From a virus: a DNA stretch of 64,000 nucleotides. Shown here in pieces: positions 46,938 to 55,923 of the stretch (position 1 is the first letter of the stretch; every line of letters starts with the position of its first letter). The notes below the pieces were generated by a model, which searched no databases, was not told where the DNA came from, and saw only the letters and a list, made by a program, of their open reading frames with translations. The translations under genes and the position numbers were made by a program. The stretch covers positions 1-64,000 of the IMG/VR virus record IMGVR_UViG_3300036770_004732. The stretch is one strand, 5' to 3'.

Positions 46938-47636
46938 TTAATCAATTCTGATCGAAGGTTGAAGTGCTTGAATTTCTTCACATTTGCAATCATCACTATA
47001 GCATTTCCATTCAAGTGCTTCTGCAACAATTGGAAATGTGCAAATAAAAATTCTTTTACACGCTTTTGCAATATCCATATGTTCTTTTTGAGTTCCGTTT
47101 TTTTCACGAAGATTGATATAATGAATCCAACTACGACAAGATCCCGTCATATAGATGCGTGTAGGCGTTGCCAGGGGCAATACAAACCTTGCACACTCTT
47201 TTGCTACCCCCGCTTCCAACATTCGCTTGTAGAGGTTGTTAGAGTGCTCAAAGAGTTCAGCAATCTCTGCCTGAAATTTGAGTTTTACATAGTCACCAAG
47301 ATCATCCGTAGAGTTCTGACGGTTTTTGGTATCCTGTCGGCGCAGGTCGGGCACAGGAATGTGATCAGTAATCAGATTAGTATCTGCATATCGTTGCGAA
47401 AATTCCTGGAATGTGAAGCTTCTATGGCGAAGAATTTGCGCCGCGATACCACGATTGGTTTCAATCTCAAGAGTCATAAATGCTTGCTCAAACACACTCC
47501 AGTGATTGTGCTTGATACAATACGCAAGAAGTTTTGCGTAATTCTCATTAGTCTGATTTTTTGGATTCGATACTCTCGCAACATATGCCATTGTTTTCTC
47601 GGCATCAGGAGTTACGCTAATTAGTTTTACACTCAT
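46938..47636 (-). CDS. thyX: FAD-dependent thymidylate synthase ThyX
   Basis: HWSVFE, QILRHRSFTFQEFSQRY, KECARFVLP. Confidence 0.97.
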   Translation of the reverse strand: MSVKLISVTPDAEKTMAYVARVSNPKNQTNENYAKLLAYCIKHNHWSVFEQAFMTLEIETNRGIAAQILRHRSFTFQEFSQRYADTNLITDHIPVPDLRRQDTKNRQNSTDDLGDYVKLKFQAEIAELFEHSNNLYKRMLEAGVAKECARFVLPLATPTRIYMTGSCRSWIHYINLREKNGTQKEHMDIAKACKRIFICTFPIVAEALEWKCYSDDCKCEEIQALQPSIRID

Positions 47637-47806
47637 TTCTTTCCAAATCCTTTCGATGTTTGCTCTTCTAATTCTTTAATTTGTTCTTTCACAGCACGGA
47701 GTTGTGCTTTCATTTCTTGAATTTTGTCATCAGTATAAAGATGATCTTGTTTGATTAACCTTTCAAGAAGTTTTACAAGTTGCTTTGCTCTTGATGTTTC
47801 AGTCAT
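47633..47806 (-). CDS. Hypothetical 57-aa coiled-coil protein ending KGFGKK
   Basis: Read manually; fills the gap, ATGA overlap with thyX. Confidence 0.75.
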   Translation of the reverse strand: MTETSRAKQLVKLLERLIKQDHLYTDDKIQEMKAQLRAVKEQIKELEEQTSKGFGKK

Positions 47807-47972
47807 CTAAATCAGAATCCTCAAATATTTCGTCGTAATCTAAGATTGGTCTTTTTCTCACATCTGGTTCTGTATATGAGTAGGCAGAAACATCAGAGTA
47901 TACTTCTGCTTTCAGAGAATCAACCAACAGTTCAAGATTACGGACGATAAGTTTTAGTTTTTCTTTGTCCAT
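47799..47972 (-). CDS. Cyanomyovirus-type hypothetical protein (MDKEKLKLIVRNLELLV...)
   Basis: ORF track with start trimmed; promoter upstream. Confidence 0.8.
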   Translation of the reverse strand: MDKEKLKLIVRNLELLVDSLKAEVYSDVSAYSYTEPDVRKRPILDYDEIFEDSDLDD

Positions 47973-47993
47973 AAGATACCATTCTCTCAACTC

Positions 47994-48030
47994 ATTTTAC
48001 ACAAAAAAAGAGGGGTAGTCAACCCCCCCT
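47994..48030 (-). terminator. Terminator hairpin overlapping a sigma70-like promoter (TTGACT-17-TAAAAT)
   Basis: AGGGGGGG-TTGACT-ACCCCTC-TTTTTTT-GTG-TAAAAT. Confidence 0.75.
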
Positions 48031-48189
48031 GTTATAAATTGGTTCAATAGATAGAATATCTTCAAACCATTCTCGTAAATGTATTCGGTAGCAAGACCAA
48101 TACTTACATCCCCTATAAGTTAGAAGATAGCAAGCAGGTGGTCTGCTTTCCTTATCCATGTCATCATGATGATAGACATAGTGTTGCAT
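48019..48189 (-). CDS. 56-aa peptide with LTYRG motif (DUF4278-like)
   Basis: Read manually: MQHYVYHHDDMDKESRPPACYLLTYRGCKYWSCYRIHLREWFEDILSIEPIYNRGG; ATG immediately follows the upstream TAA. Confidence 0.65.
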   Translation of the reverse strand: MQHYVYHHDDMDKESRPPACYLLTYRGCKYWSCYRIHLREWFEDILSIEPIYNRGG

Positions 48190-48267
48190 TTACTTACTCA
48201 GTAAGATAACTTCAATATATATCAAAAAAATGAACGCTGTTGATGCACCTGCAATAGCTGCAATCAT
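48190..48267 (-). CDS. 25-aa single transmembrane peptide
   Basis: Read manually: MIAAIAGASTAFIFLIYIEVILLSK. Confidence 0.55.
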   Translation of the reverse strand: MIAAIAGASTAFIFLIYIEVILLSK

Positions 48268-48272
48268 GGCAA

Positions 48273-48371
48273 TCACTTTCCTGCTCCTGCATTTGCAAGT
48301 AATGCTTGGTGACGGCGTTGCTCTTTTTCAATTTGTTCTTTAATCAATTGAAGAACATTGAGTTTCTTCAT
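48273..48371 (-). CDS. 32-aa helical peptide
   Basis: Read manually: MKKLNVLQLIKEQIEKEQRRHQALLANAGAGK; TGATG coupling with GGAGG SD. Confidence 0.65.
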   Translation of the reverse strand: MKKLNVLQLIKEQIEKEQRRHQALLANAGAGK

Positions 48372-48505
48372 CACTTTTCCTCCTTTACAAACTTAACACC
48401 ACGATAGGTTTCGTTGTATGCTTGAGGTTGTTGCTGTTGTTGTGCCTGTTCTTGGCGACGAACTTCGGTGTCATATGCGACACCACGATATACTACACGG
48501 CTCAT
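48371..48505 (-). CDS. DUF4278-like 44-aa protein with two YRG motifs
   Basis: Read manually: MSRVVYRGVAYDTEVRRQEQAQQQQQPQAYNETYRGVKFVKEEK; AAGGAG SD. Confidence 0.85.
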   Translation of the reverse strand: MSRVVYRGVAYDTEVRRQEQAQQQQQPQAYNETYRGVKFVKEEK

Positions 48506-48540
48506 TGGTTTTGCTCCTTAGAAATGAGAGGTTTAATTCC

Positions 48541-48643
48541 CGTTCCTTCAGGCGGCGTTTCCGTTCGCTATTTGCAAATAGCGAATGAACGAATTTGCGT
48601 TCCGCGTCGTCTTACTTGCGTCCAGATTTTCTGGATGAACGAT
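48541..48643 (-). ncRNA. glnA-class glutamine riboswitch with enlarged P3
   Basis: P1 CGUUC/GAACG, P2 UCCAG-AAAAU-CUGGA, E-loop AGUA/GAA, located upstream of a YRG peptide. Confidence 0.8.
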
Positions 48644-48649
48644 AAGAGT

Positions 48650-48678
48650 ATTATACTCTCTTCGACCATATTTATCAA
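48650..48678 (-). promoter_or_regulatory. Sigma70-like promoter TTGATA-17-TATAAT driving the riboswitch
   Basis: Predicted +1 falls at or next to the first A of AUCGUUC. Confidence 0.75.
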
Positions 48679-48762
48679 CTATGCATTGTATAATGTGATA
48701 CAGTTTTGGAAAATCTTAATAAGATAAATTTTTGCCGGAAATTTTTTACCCGATTTGACAAA

Positions 48763-49116
48763 TCACTTCCGCTTTTTGGTTTTAGGTGCCTGATAACCCC
48801 AAGTTTTTGGATTGAGTGTGCCAAATCCAAACTCAATACTCTTCAAGTTTTCACGAAACTTATCCCAATACATATCAAATAATTTAATTTTAGCTCCTCT
48901 TGTGAGATCAAAACAAATCTTGCCATCTACAAGATACTTGATAATATAAGCATCTCTTGGAGATTCCTTAGTGCATACCTCTTCATATGAACCATTTTCA
49001 ACAATGATATCACAACCATAGCGTGACTTACAGGTTTCTTTTTCTGCTGGTGTCCAGGAATCCATATGCTTTTCTTTGTTTTGTTCCTTTTCAATTACAT
49101 TACCAAGTTTACTCAC
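48763..49116 (-). CDS. Cyanomyovirus-type hypothetical protein
   Basis: GTGA-coupled start; FDMYWDKF...NPKTWG. Confidence 0.8.
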   Translation of the reverse strand: MSKLGNVIEKEQNKEKHMDSWTPAEKETCKSRYGCDIIVENGSYEEVCTKESPRDAYIIKYLVDGKICFDLTRGAKIKLFDMYWDKFRENLKSIEFGFGTLNPKTWGYQAPKTKKRK

Positions 49117-49709
49117 GAACGACCCCCCCATTGAATATTGGGGTATGCTTGACTTACAATTTCCTTGGTAATCTTATATTTTGTTTGTAATTTTTTATCT
49201 TTTACAAGACATAAAATCTCAGCTTCAAGTGGATGAAGTCCTTGAAGCATATTGATAAACATAGTTTCTCTACGAAGAGAACTTAATCCATCATTACCAC
49301 CTTTAACGAAATTATAAAATTTTTGATATTCTTTACGAATTGATGATCTTCCTTGATCTTGAGATCCTAATGAACTAGAACCAAGTTCTTCCATTTTAGA
49401 AACAGCATCAGTAATTTTTTCACTAACTGTTCCACTAAAAGAATTCTGATCTCCAACACTTGCGTATGGAACATCACCTTCTGGGATTACTGAAATAATA
49501 CTTTCATCAAAATTCCAAACAAATAATGTTTGAATAGATGGGTGAGAGTACTTTTGAAGTACTTCCACTTTCTTGGCATTACTTTTTTGTTTTGATGCTA
49601 AATTAAAAACTTCAAACGCAAATGGATTTGCTGGTAGTTCAATATTTGTCGAAGTTCTTGTAGTCGTTTTAGGTTTCGTCGTCGTCTTCTTCTGTGTCGT
49701 TGTAGTCAT
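49113..49709 (-). CDS. Conserved T4-like hypothetical protein
   Basis: WNFD..LPEG-like motif, RRETMFINMLQGLHPLEAEIL. Confidence 0.85.
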   Translation of the reverse strand: MTTTTQKKTTTKPKTTTRTSTNIELPANPFAFEVFNLASKQKSNAKKVEVLQKYSHPSIQTLFVWNFDESIISVIPEGDVPYASVGDQNSFSGTVSEKITDAVSKMEELGSSSLGSQDQGRSSIRKEYQKFYNFVKGGNDGLSSLRRETMFINMLQGLHPLEAEILCLVKDKKLQTKYKITKEIVSQAYPNIQWGGRS

Positions 49710-49902
49710 AATAGTTTTCAAAATTAAATGCAATTACCTCATCTGGAATTAAATTTCCTTGTCCATCAAACATTTCGGGGTGAGGTCTTGGGATTTCCCG
49801 ATAATTCATCATATATTCTCTAGCAACCCATCCACCTATAAGTCCCACTATAAGAAATAAAATTGTTAAAAATGAACCGAATACTAGACTAATTGCTAAC
49901 AT
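49669..49902 (-). CDS. Cyanomyovirus-type membrane protein
   Basis: TM helix followed by HPEMFDGQGNLIPDE. Confidence 0.8.
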   Translation of the reverse strand: MLAISLVFGSFLTILFLIVGLIGGWVAREYMMNYREIPRPHPEMFDGQGNLIPDEVIAFNFENYYDYNDTEEDDDET

Positions 49903-49921
49903 TTTTTTCTCCGGGAAACTA

Positions 49922-50167
49922 CTACTTTTTCCTGATTTTAAAGGAAAATTCAAAATAAATGGTTACTTCCCGTCTTAGAAAGCAAACCATCTTTTCAAAG
50001 ATGATGTGGAAAGGATAAGTTTGCTTTCGTTTACCTCCATTAAGAATAAGTTCAACACCCCGATTGATCTCTGGGTTCTTATTTTTATTTATAGTATCAT
50101 CAAACGATTTGCTGTTCTTTGAGGAATTTGATCGTGTCAACACACCCTCCCAATTTTTTAGTATCAC
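49922..50167 (-). CDS. Hypothetical protein (start uncertain)
   Basis: ORF track; INRGVELIL motif. Confidence 0.6.
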   Translation of the reverse strand: MILKNWEGVLTRSNSSKNSKSFDDTINKNKNPEINRGVELILNGGKRKQTYPFHIIFEKMVCFLRREVTIYFEFSFKIRKK

Positions 50168-50336
50168 AAATTACTTGTGGAAATGTAGATCCTTGACCAA
50201 ATTCAGAGTAAAACTCTTCCTTAGTGAAATCTTGATCTAAAATGTAAACAACATGCTTACACTCTGTTAATTCTAGCACTTGTTTTACTTTTGTGCAATA
50301 TGGACAATTTTCTTTTGAATAAACTGTAAAATTCAT
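50100..50336 (-). CDS. Glutaredoxin
   Basis: CPYC, TFPQV, GGC. Confidence 0.93.
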   Translation of the reverse strand: MNFTVYSKENCPYCTKVKQVLELTECKHVVYILDQDFTKEEFYSEFGQGSTFPQVICDTKKLGGCVDTIKFLKEQQIV

Positions 50337-50410
50337 ACTTAACTTAACGATTTTTAATATATATCATAAATTCGCAGGAATAATTATCAATAAAATTATT
50401 ATCAAATATT

Positions 50411-52648
50411 TTATCCTTTATTAGAATTATCATATTCAATATCATTCACTCCCATTTTTTTAAGATTATCTATTATAGACCATCTATCCCCCTCATTCAA
50501 GTTATGGATGTTCAACATTTCAAAAAATATTGATTTTGATTCTTCAACTTTTCCCCACCACCATCCAGAAATCGCTTTTTGGAAAAGTAACCCATACTTT
50601 CCAGGGTATTCAACATCTGTTCTTAATGGTGAAAGATCAAAATCACAATTTAACAGACAAAGTTCGGAAGTTGAATAACAGTCTTGCCACCATTCGTTTT
50701 TAGCAGCATATCTTGCTAAAAGATAGTATGCTTCTGGACGATTTGGTAAGAACATCTGCGCTTGCCACAACATTCCCCGTCCACTTCCATCTCTTGTACC
50801 CTGTTTAAAATAACAAGATGATCCCCTTATCAAGGCCTCATATGCAAGATCAGGATCTAATTCAAAACCCCGTTCTGCACATCTTAGAAAATATGAAAGA
50901 GCTGGAGCAGTGTGTCCTTGAGTTTCATACCACAAACCTAAGTTAAAATTGTGCTCTGGATTTTCAGTATCCAGAGAATATAGTTCTAAAAGTTTCTCAA
51001 GTTCCGTCTTTTCAACAACCACTATTTCAGATTTTAAAACTTGTTTTTTAGATTTCCACATATTTAAAACTATATCATATGCAATTATATGATTATTTTT
51101 TTGTCCCCCCTTTACATCATCATCTTGATTTTCAAAGGTTGATTTAAAACTTACATTTTCAACAAACAAAGGAATCGTATATGTATTAACAAATGAAAAA
51201 ATTATATTTTCAATTAAGGGCATTATTTCTTTATTGGGAACTTCTAAAGAATAAACATCTTCAAAAATATAAGAGTCTATTATTTTCTTTGCTCCATTTC
51301 TAGTCAATATATAAGCAGTTGCCCCCCAATCATCCCAATATCTTGATCTCATTTCAAAAGTATCATAATGATTGCGTATTGTGAGAAGTTGCACACACTC
51401 TGCATCATCAGGGATTTTTTCAATGAACTCATTCCAAGTAAAATCCCAGTAATCTATCGTTTCCAAACTTAAATCATCTTCACAGAAAAATGCATATTCT
51501 TCGTCAGTATTATTATACCACTCTTTAATCATTTTTAAATGTGATACACAACATCCTTTTGTACCATCATTTAAAGTGTGTAGATATTTTCCAACTACTT
51601 TATCATTAGACTCAGAATAACGCTTTGATATTAAAAATATCGGTTCTATACCATAATTATTAAATTGGGAAGTAAGTTCATGTCTTCTTTCTTGACACTC
51701 TTCGAGACTTACACAATAGACAGATGGAAATTCATCTATAATATTATTCGTCTTATCTTCAATTTCTACTGCATAATAATTTTGATCATTCAGTTGCGTA
51801 ATATTCCAATGACTTTTTGGTTCTATGTAATAATTGGTTATTTTTGAAAATCTATCTTTATTTACATTGACATGTTTTTCTGAAAGTGCATACTCAACTT
51901 GCCATTCTAATTCGTCACCATCATATGCTGAAGATAAATTTTCTCTAATTTTTTGTTCATATTCATCTTGACTTTCAAATCCTTTAAAATTTTCTGTTCT
52001 TTTTTTATCTGGATGTGGTAAATGAATGAAATAAAAATCCATTTCTAAGCATCTTTTTTTCAATCCATATAATTCCAATCTATTACAAATTTCTTCATCC
52101 TCAAAGGCATAACAGTCACCAAAATTTTCATTATACCCACCAACTACATCAAAATGTTCTTTCTTAACAAAAAGAATTCCAACTAAGTATCTAAAAATAG
52201 GTGAGTATGCATAAACATATTTTTTACGATTTTCTGAGGTAAAAAAATAACTATTATCTACATAATACTCTTTGGTATTTTCATCATAATATTCCGGATT
52301 ACTAAAATTTAAACTTCCACAAGTAAATTCATCATCTTTCGGAAAATACTTTTTTATACCATTATAGTATGAATTAAATATATGATCTGCATCAACTTTT
52401 ATAATATAATCTCCTGTTGCAATTTTTGCAGCAAGATTTAATGGCTTAGGTTGATTAAAATATTGCTTATCAGAAACACGTATTACTTTTATCCTAGGAT
52501 CTATTTCTGTCAGATAATTTATTGGATCATCAGAATTCCAATCAGTTATAATAATTTCGTGAATTTCTTCAAAATTTAACCAAGACATCAAAGATATTTT
52601 GAGAGCATCAACTCTATTTTTACATGCAGTTATTAATGAAATTTTCAT
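50411..52648 (-). CDS. Multidomain glycosyltransferase: GT2/GT7-like + GT25-like + TPR
   Basis: N-terminal ITACKNR, DAD, GGYNE, EDEE; middle VYCVSL..ERR, GCCVSH, CEDD, AYILT; C-terminal TPR-like helices. Confidence 0.85.
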   Translation of the reverse strand: MKISLITACKNRVDALKISLMSWLNFEEIHEIIITDWNSDDPINYLTEIDPRIKVIRVSDKQYFNQPKPLNLAAKIATGDYIIKVDADHIFNSYYNGIKKYFPKDDEFTCGSLNFSNPEYYDENTKEYYVDNSYFFTSENRKKYVYAYSPIFRYLVGILFVKKEHFDVVGGYNENFGDCYAFEDEEICNRLELYGLKKRCLEMDFYFIHLPHPDKKRTENFKGFESQDEYEQKIRENLSSAYDGDELEWQVEYALSEKHVNVNKDRFSKITNYYIEPKSHWNITQLNDQNYYAVEIEDKTNNIIDEFPSVYCVSLEECQERRHELTSQFNNYGIEPIFLISKRYSESNDKVVGKYLHTLNDGTKGCCVSHLKMIKEWYNNTDEEYAFFCEDDLSLETIDYWDFTWNEFIEKIPDDAECVQLLTIRNHYDTFEMRSRYWDDWGATAYILTRNGAKKIIDSYIFEDVYSLEVPNKEIMPLIENIIFSFVNTYTIPLFVENVSFKSTFENQDDDVKGGQKNNHIIAYDIVLNMWKSKKQVLKSEIVVVEKTELEKLLELYSLDTENPEHNFNLGLWYETQGHTAPALSYFLRCAERGFELDPDLAYEALIRGSSCYFKQGTRDGSGRGMLWQAQMFLPNRPEAYYLLARYAAKNEWWQDCYSTSELCLLNCDFDLSPLRTDVEYPGKYGLLFQKAISGWWWGKVEESKSIFFEMLNIHNLNEGDRWSIIDNLKKMGVNDIEYDNSNKG

Positions 52649-52668
52649 AAGATTTTTTATTCAATAAC

Positions 52669-53433
52669 TTATATAGTAATCCAATCAGAACGGTATAAAT
52701 CTTTAGTATTGTAATCTTTAAATTTTCCTGTTGGAGAAAACCACTGTTTAGGTGCAATTGTTTTTTTACTCTTTGCTAACCAGGATCCCCACCAACTAAA
52801 AGTGCTATTTGCAATAATATGATAAGTACATAAACTCATTAAACACAAATCAGAATAAGGATTTTCAAAAGACATTACAAAAAAATTATTTGAATTAAAA
52901 TGATTTTTACACCATTCAGGATCATCACTTATTACTAACACGGGAATATCTTTAGGAAAATATTCTAATGCTTTCATATAATAATCAATAGTAAGAACAT
53001 CAAAGTTTACCTCACTAATATAATCAGTTCTTCTCACATGCAAAGATATAACTTCAACATTATAAAACATACTATTCATATAATGAATGACTGAATCATA
53101 TATTTCTTTACGGAATGAAAAATCTTTTCTAATTTCACTTTCAATATTTTCGAAATATTTTTCACTCTGAAAAAATCCATCTAAATTAATATCATCTGGA
53201 CAATTATTAAATAGATTTTCATCAAATTCATATTTTTCCTCTAAAATATCATTTTCAAATTCATTTGTATAAGTAATTGGTATATTAAAACATTCTTTTA
53301 ATTCACAATTTCTTTGAGGTATTGAATACCAATATCCTTTGTTTCTAGATATTCCTTTTAAAGATGCATACTGAAACATTTGATTACCCAAACGTCCTTT
53401 ATATCCAAGATTTTTAAATGAGATCATAATCAA
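52669..53433 (-). CDS. Alpha-1,2-fucosyltransferase-like (GT11)
   Basis: GRLGNQMFQYA, GFFQSEKYF, HVRRTDY, NSTFSWW. Confidence 0.92.
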   Translation of the reverse strand: MIMISFKNLGYKGRLGNQMFQYASLKGISRNKGYWYSIPQRNCELKECFNIPITYTNEFENDILEEKYEFDENLFNNCPDDINLDGFFQSEKYFENIESEIRKDFSFRKEIYDSVIHYMNSMFYNVEVISLHVRRTDYISEVNFDVLTIDYYMKALEYFPKDIPVLVISDDPEWCKNHFNSNNFFVMSFENPYSDLCLMSLCTYHIIANSTFSWWGSWLAKSKKTIAPKQWFSPTGKFKDYNTKDLYRSDWITI

Positions 53434-53533
53434 TTATTAAATAATTTTTGTATTTCTTTTGCGTTTCTCATATTTTACACCAATCTATAATTTCTGAGGG
53501 TTGTTATTATCTTCTGTTATAAAAATTATTTGA

Positions 53534-54520
53534 TTATTCATTTTTAAAAATATACTCCTTTACAAACTCTTTATTCACTCTCAAAAGATACGCCGCATTA
53601 TCTTGAAAACCGAAGGTAATCAAATAATCATCATTATATTCACACATACCAACAGCAAATTCTACTTCTGCTTCCAAAAAAGAAAATCTTTTTGATACTT
53701 TTACAATATTCCAATCTTTATCCCAAACTATAAATCGATGTCGATAAGTCCCGTCTTTTCTTCCAGCTGGACTTTTAAATAAAAATGTTTCATGATTTAG
53801 TGCAAATCGATGTTCACCAAATGGAATTACTTGAGATCCACCACGAAGATCAATACATCCCAAATCTTTCCAATCTCTTAGTGCAACTTGTGTTGTTTGA
53901 CCAGTGTGAATGTCATACTTCACAACTTCAGTACCGTTTGTCCATTTCACAAAATGATATGGCATGTCAAGAATTGGCATCCAATTTTTTTCACAATAAG
54001 AGTTATTATCCCCAGGAGTTGGAATACGATGTTGACTCAATTCTTTAACCTGCCCATTGTCAATTTCAACTTCACAAAGTTCCATTCTACCAGTACCAAT
54101 AGTATCAAGATCTCTGCGAACACCACAAGTATAAAGTTTTCCTTCCCATCTAAAAATACGAGCATCTTCAAGTCCAACAAATTCCCACAATTCCTTATCA
54201 GGGTGTTTAGATGTATCAATATGGGTATGCCATTTGATTCTCATATTTTCGTCAAGTTCACCAATTACATTCCAAGTGCGAAGGCGTAAATCATTTTCTG
54301 GGTGAATATAAACTAATGGCCCCCAATGATGTTCAAACTTTTTCTTTTCCGAATGATAAAGGGTATAATTAATATTTCTAAGATTTACAATTAATTTACC
54401 ATTGTCATTGTAAATGGACGGGTTTGTGATTGCTGGTCCTTTTAGATCAGTCGAAGGGATAATAAGGGGATGGATAGATCCTCCATTTTCCAAAGCAAGT
54501 TTTACAAAATTTTCAGACAT
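53534..54520 (-). CDS. Five-bladed propeller glycosidase/phosphorylase-like protein (GH130/GH43 clan-like)
   Basis: NPSI, LEDARIF, EKNWMP, LRGGSQ, VEFAVGM motifs. Confidence 0.7.
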   Translation of the reverse strand: MSENFVKLALENGGSIHPLIIPSTDLKGPAITNPSIYNDNGKLIVNLRNINYTLYHSEKKKFEHHWGPLVYIHPENDLRLRTWNVIGELDENMRIKWHTHIDTSKHPDKELWEFVGLEDARIFRWEGKLYTCGVRRDLDTIGTGRMELCEVEIDNGQVKELSQHRIPTPGDNNSYCEKNWMPILDMPYHFVKWTNGTEVVKYDIHTGQTTQVALRDWKDLGCIDLRGGSQVIPFGEHRFALNHETFLFKSPAGRKDGTYRHRFIVWDKDWNIVKVSKRFSFLEAEVEFAVGMCEYNDDYLITFGFQDNAAYLLRVNKEFVKEYIFKNE

Positions 54521-54557
54521 GTCTTAAATAAAAAATCCTATAGGATATTTGTTATCT

Positions 54558-54596
54558 ATACTAGCACAACTATTCAAATTTTTCAACAAATAAATA
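54558..54596. promoter_or_regulatory. Divergent promoters: sigma70-like TTGAAA-17-TAGTAT (-) for the GH/GT operon and late TAAATA (+) for the oxygenase
   Basis: Hexamers at 54581-54586 and 54558-54563; TAAATA at 54591-54596. Confidence 0.55.
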
Positions 54597-54617
54597 TCAA
54601 AATAATGTTATAATTTT

Positions 54618-55196
54618 ATGAATGAATTTATTTCCAAAGGTTGGTATTATATTCCTAATATAATTACAAAAGAAGAAGCAATACAAATTAAATATAAAAA
54701 TTTAATGGGTGCTATAGGAGATCTTGGTAGTTTACAAACTCACTATGACCCAGAAAGAGGTAATGTATTAACCTGCTATGCTCCACCAGCATGTGCTTTT
54801 GTAATGAAAAGAATGCAACCAGTTCTTGAAGAACTTTTAGGAGAAGAACTTATTCCATCTTATTGGTTTTCTACAACATATCATAATAAAGGATGGATGA
54901 ATTGCCATACTGATAGACCATCTTGTGAAATATCCGTAACAATGAATATTTGTGGTGATGCTGCTTGGCCTATTAAACTTAAAGATTTAGAAGGAAACAA
55001 ACAATCTGTAGTTACACCTATAGGATGTGGACTTGCTTATCTTGGAATGAAGGTTCCCCATTGGAGAAGTCCATTGAGAACTCATCCAAATGACAGATTT
55101 ATGCAACTCTTTTTACACTTTGTAAGAAAAAATGGTTCTTGTGCAGAATATGCATATGATAAAAATCAAAAGTGTTATGAATTATTGAACAGGTGA
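54618..55196 (+). CDS. 2OG-Fe(II) oxygenase
   Basis: HTDRPSCEISVT (HxD), HWR distal His, QLFLHFV. Confidence 0.85.
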   Translation: MNEFISKGWYYIPNIITKEEAIQIKYKNLMGAIGDLGSLQTHYDPERGNVLTCYAPPACAFVMKRMQPVLEELLGEELIPSYWFSTTYHNKGWMNCHTDRPSCEISVTMNICGDAAWPIKLKDLEGNKQSVVTPIGCGLAYLGMKVPHWRSPLRTHPNDRFMQLFLHFVRKNGSCAEYAYDKNQKCYELLNR

Positions 55197-55919
55197 TTCT
55201 TCTTCTGGAAGTGGTGAAAGAGGATCATTAATCATATTAATATTTCTTACTTGATCAAATGAATTTGTTAGTTTCATCAACTCTTTATTGTTTTGTAAAC
55301 TAACTGGAAGTGATGGATATGAGGTTGGAAAAGTATCAGAATTTGGAAGTGTCCTTAATTCTTGCCTCCAAATTTTAAAATCTTCATCTAAGGTATTTCC
55401 TTGCTCTAATTCTTTTGTCACCATCCAATCAGTAAGTTCAAGCATTTTATCACGATTGACTCTAAGAATGTCATATCTCTTTTCTTTTTGACGATTATCA
55501 AAAAAAGTTATTTCATTATCCCATTGCTCTTGAGTCAGTATTGAAAGACCTTCAGATTCTTCAAGAACATAAGGTTCTCTATAAACTATATCATAAACTG
55601 TTACTATTTGAAAATCTCCAGTTGGTTGACCAGGAGATTCTGGATTTATAATTTCTTCTTTAACTTCTCTTTCAGTAGTACTTATAATAGTAATATTTGA
55701 ATTATTTTGATAATCTTTTAATTCATTACTACCTACTGTAATCTTATATTCGAAATATTCTGGAACATATGATAAGAAAAATGGAATGTCATTTTGATCT
55801 ATTAACTGATATTGAGTTTCCAACCCCTTAATATTTGGCATCATCAAACCAAAACGAGTGTCTGTTGCCCATGCACCAGTATCACGATTGATCCAATAAT
55901 GCTTGACTAATTGAGACAT
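55182..55919 (-). CDS. Tail fibre assembly chaperone-like protein
   Basis: C-terminal LRVNRDKMLELTDW...WRQELRTLP...FP..YP..P motif. Confidence 0.75.
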   Translation of the reverse strand: MSQLVKHYWINRDTGAWATDTRFGLMMPNIKGLETQYQLIDQNDIPFFLSYVPEYFEYKITVGSNELKDYQNNSNITIISTTEREVKEEIINPESPGQPTGDFQIVTVYDIVYREPYVLEESEGLSILTQEQWDNEITFFDNRQKEKRYDILRVNRDKMLELTDWMVTKELEQGNTLDEDFKIWRQELRTLPNSDTFPTSYPSLPVSLQNNKELMKLTNSFDQVRNINMINDPLSPLPEEESPVQ

Positions 55920-55923
55920 GTTT

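Noticed and set aside
42895-47624. Long plus-strand ORFs opposite gp32 (42895-43782) and thyX (46842-47624)
   Set aside because: Antisense shadows of well-conserved genes.
48422-48727. 101-aa plus-strand ORF across the riboswitch
   Set aside because: Minus-strand promoter, aptamer, SD and YRG peptide explain the region better.
53434-53540. Possible decayed ORF between the GH-like gene and GT11 (MNNQIIFITEDNNNPQKL stop)
   Set aside because: Too short and AT-rich to distinguish from spacer sequence without homologues.
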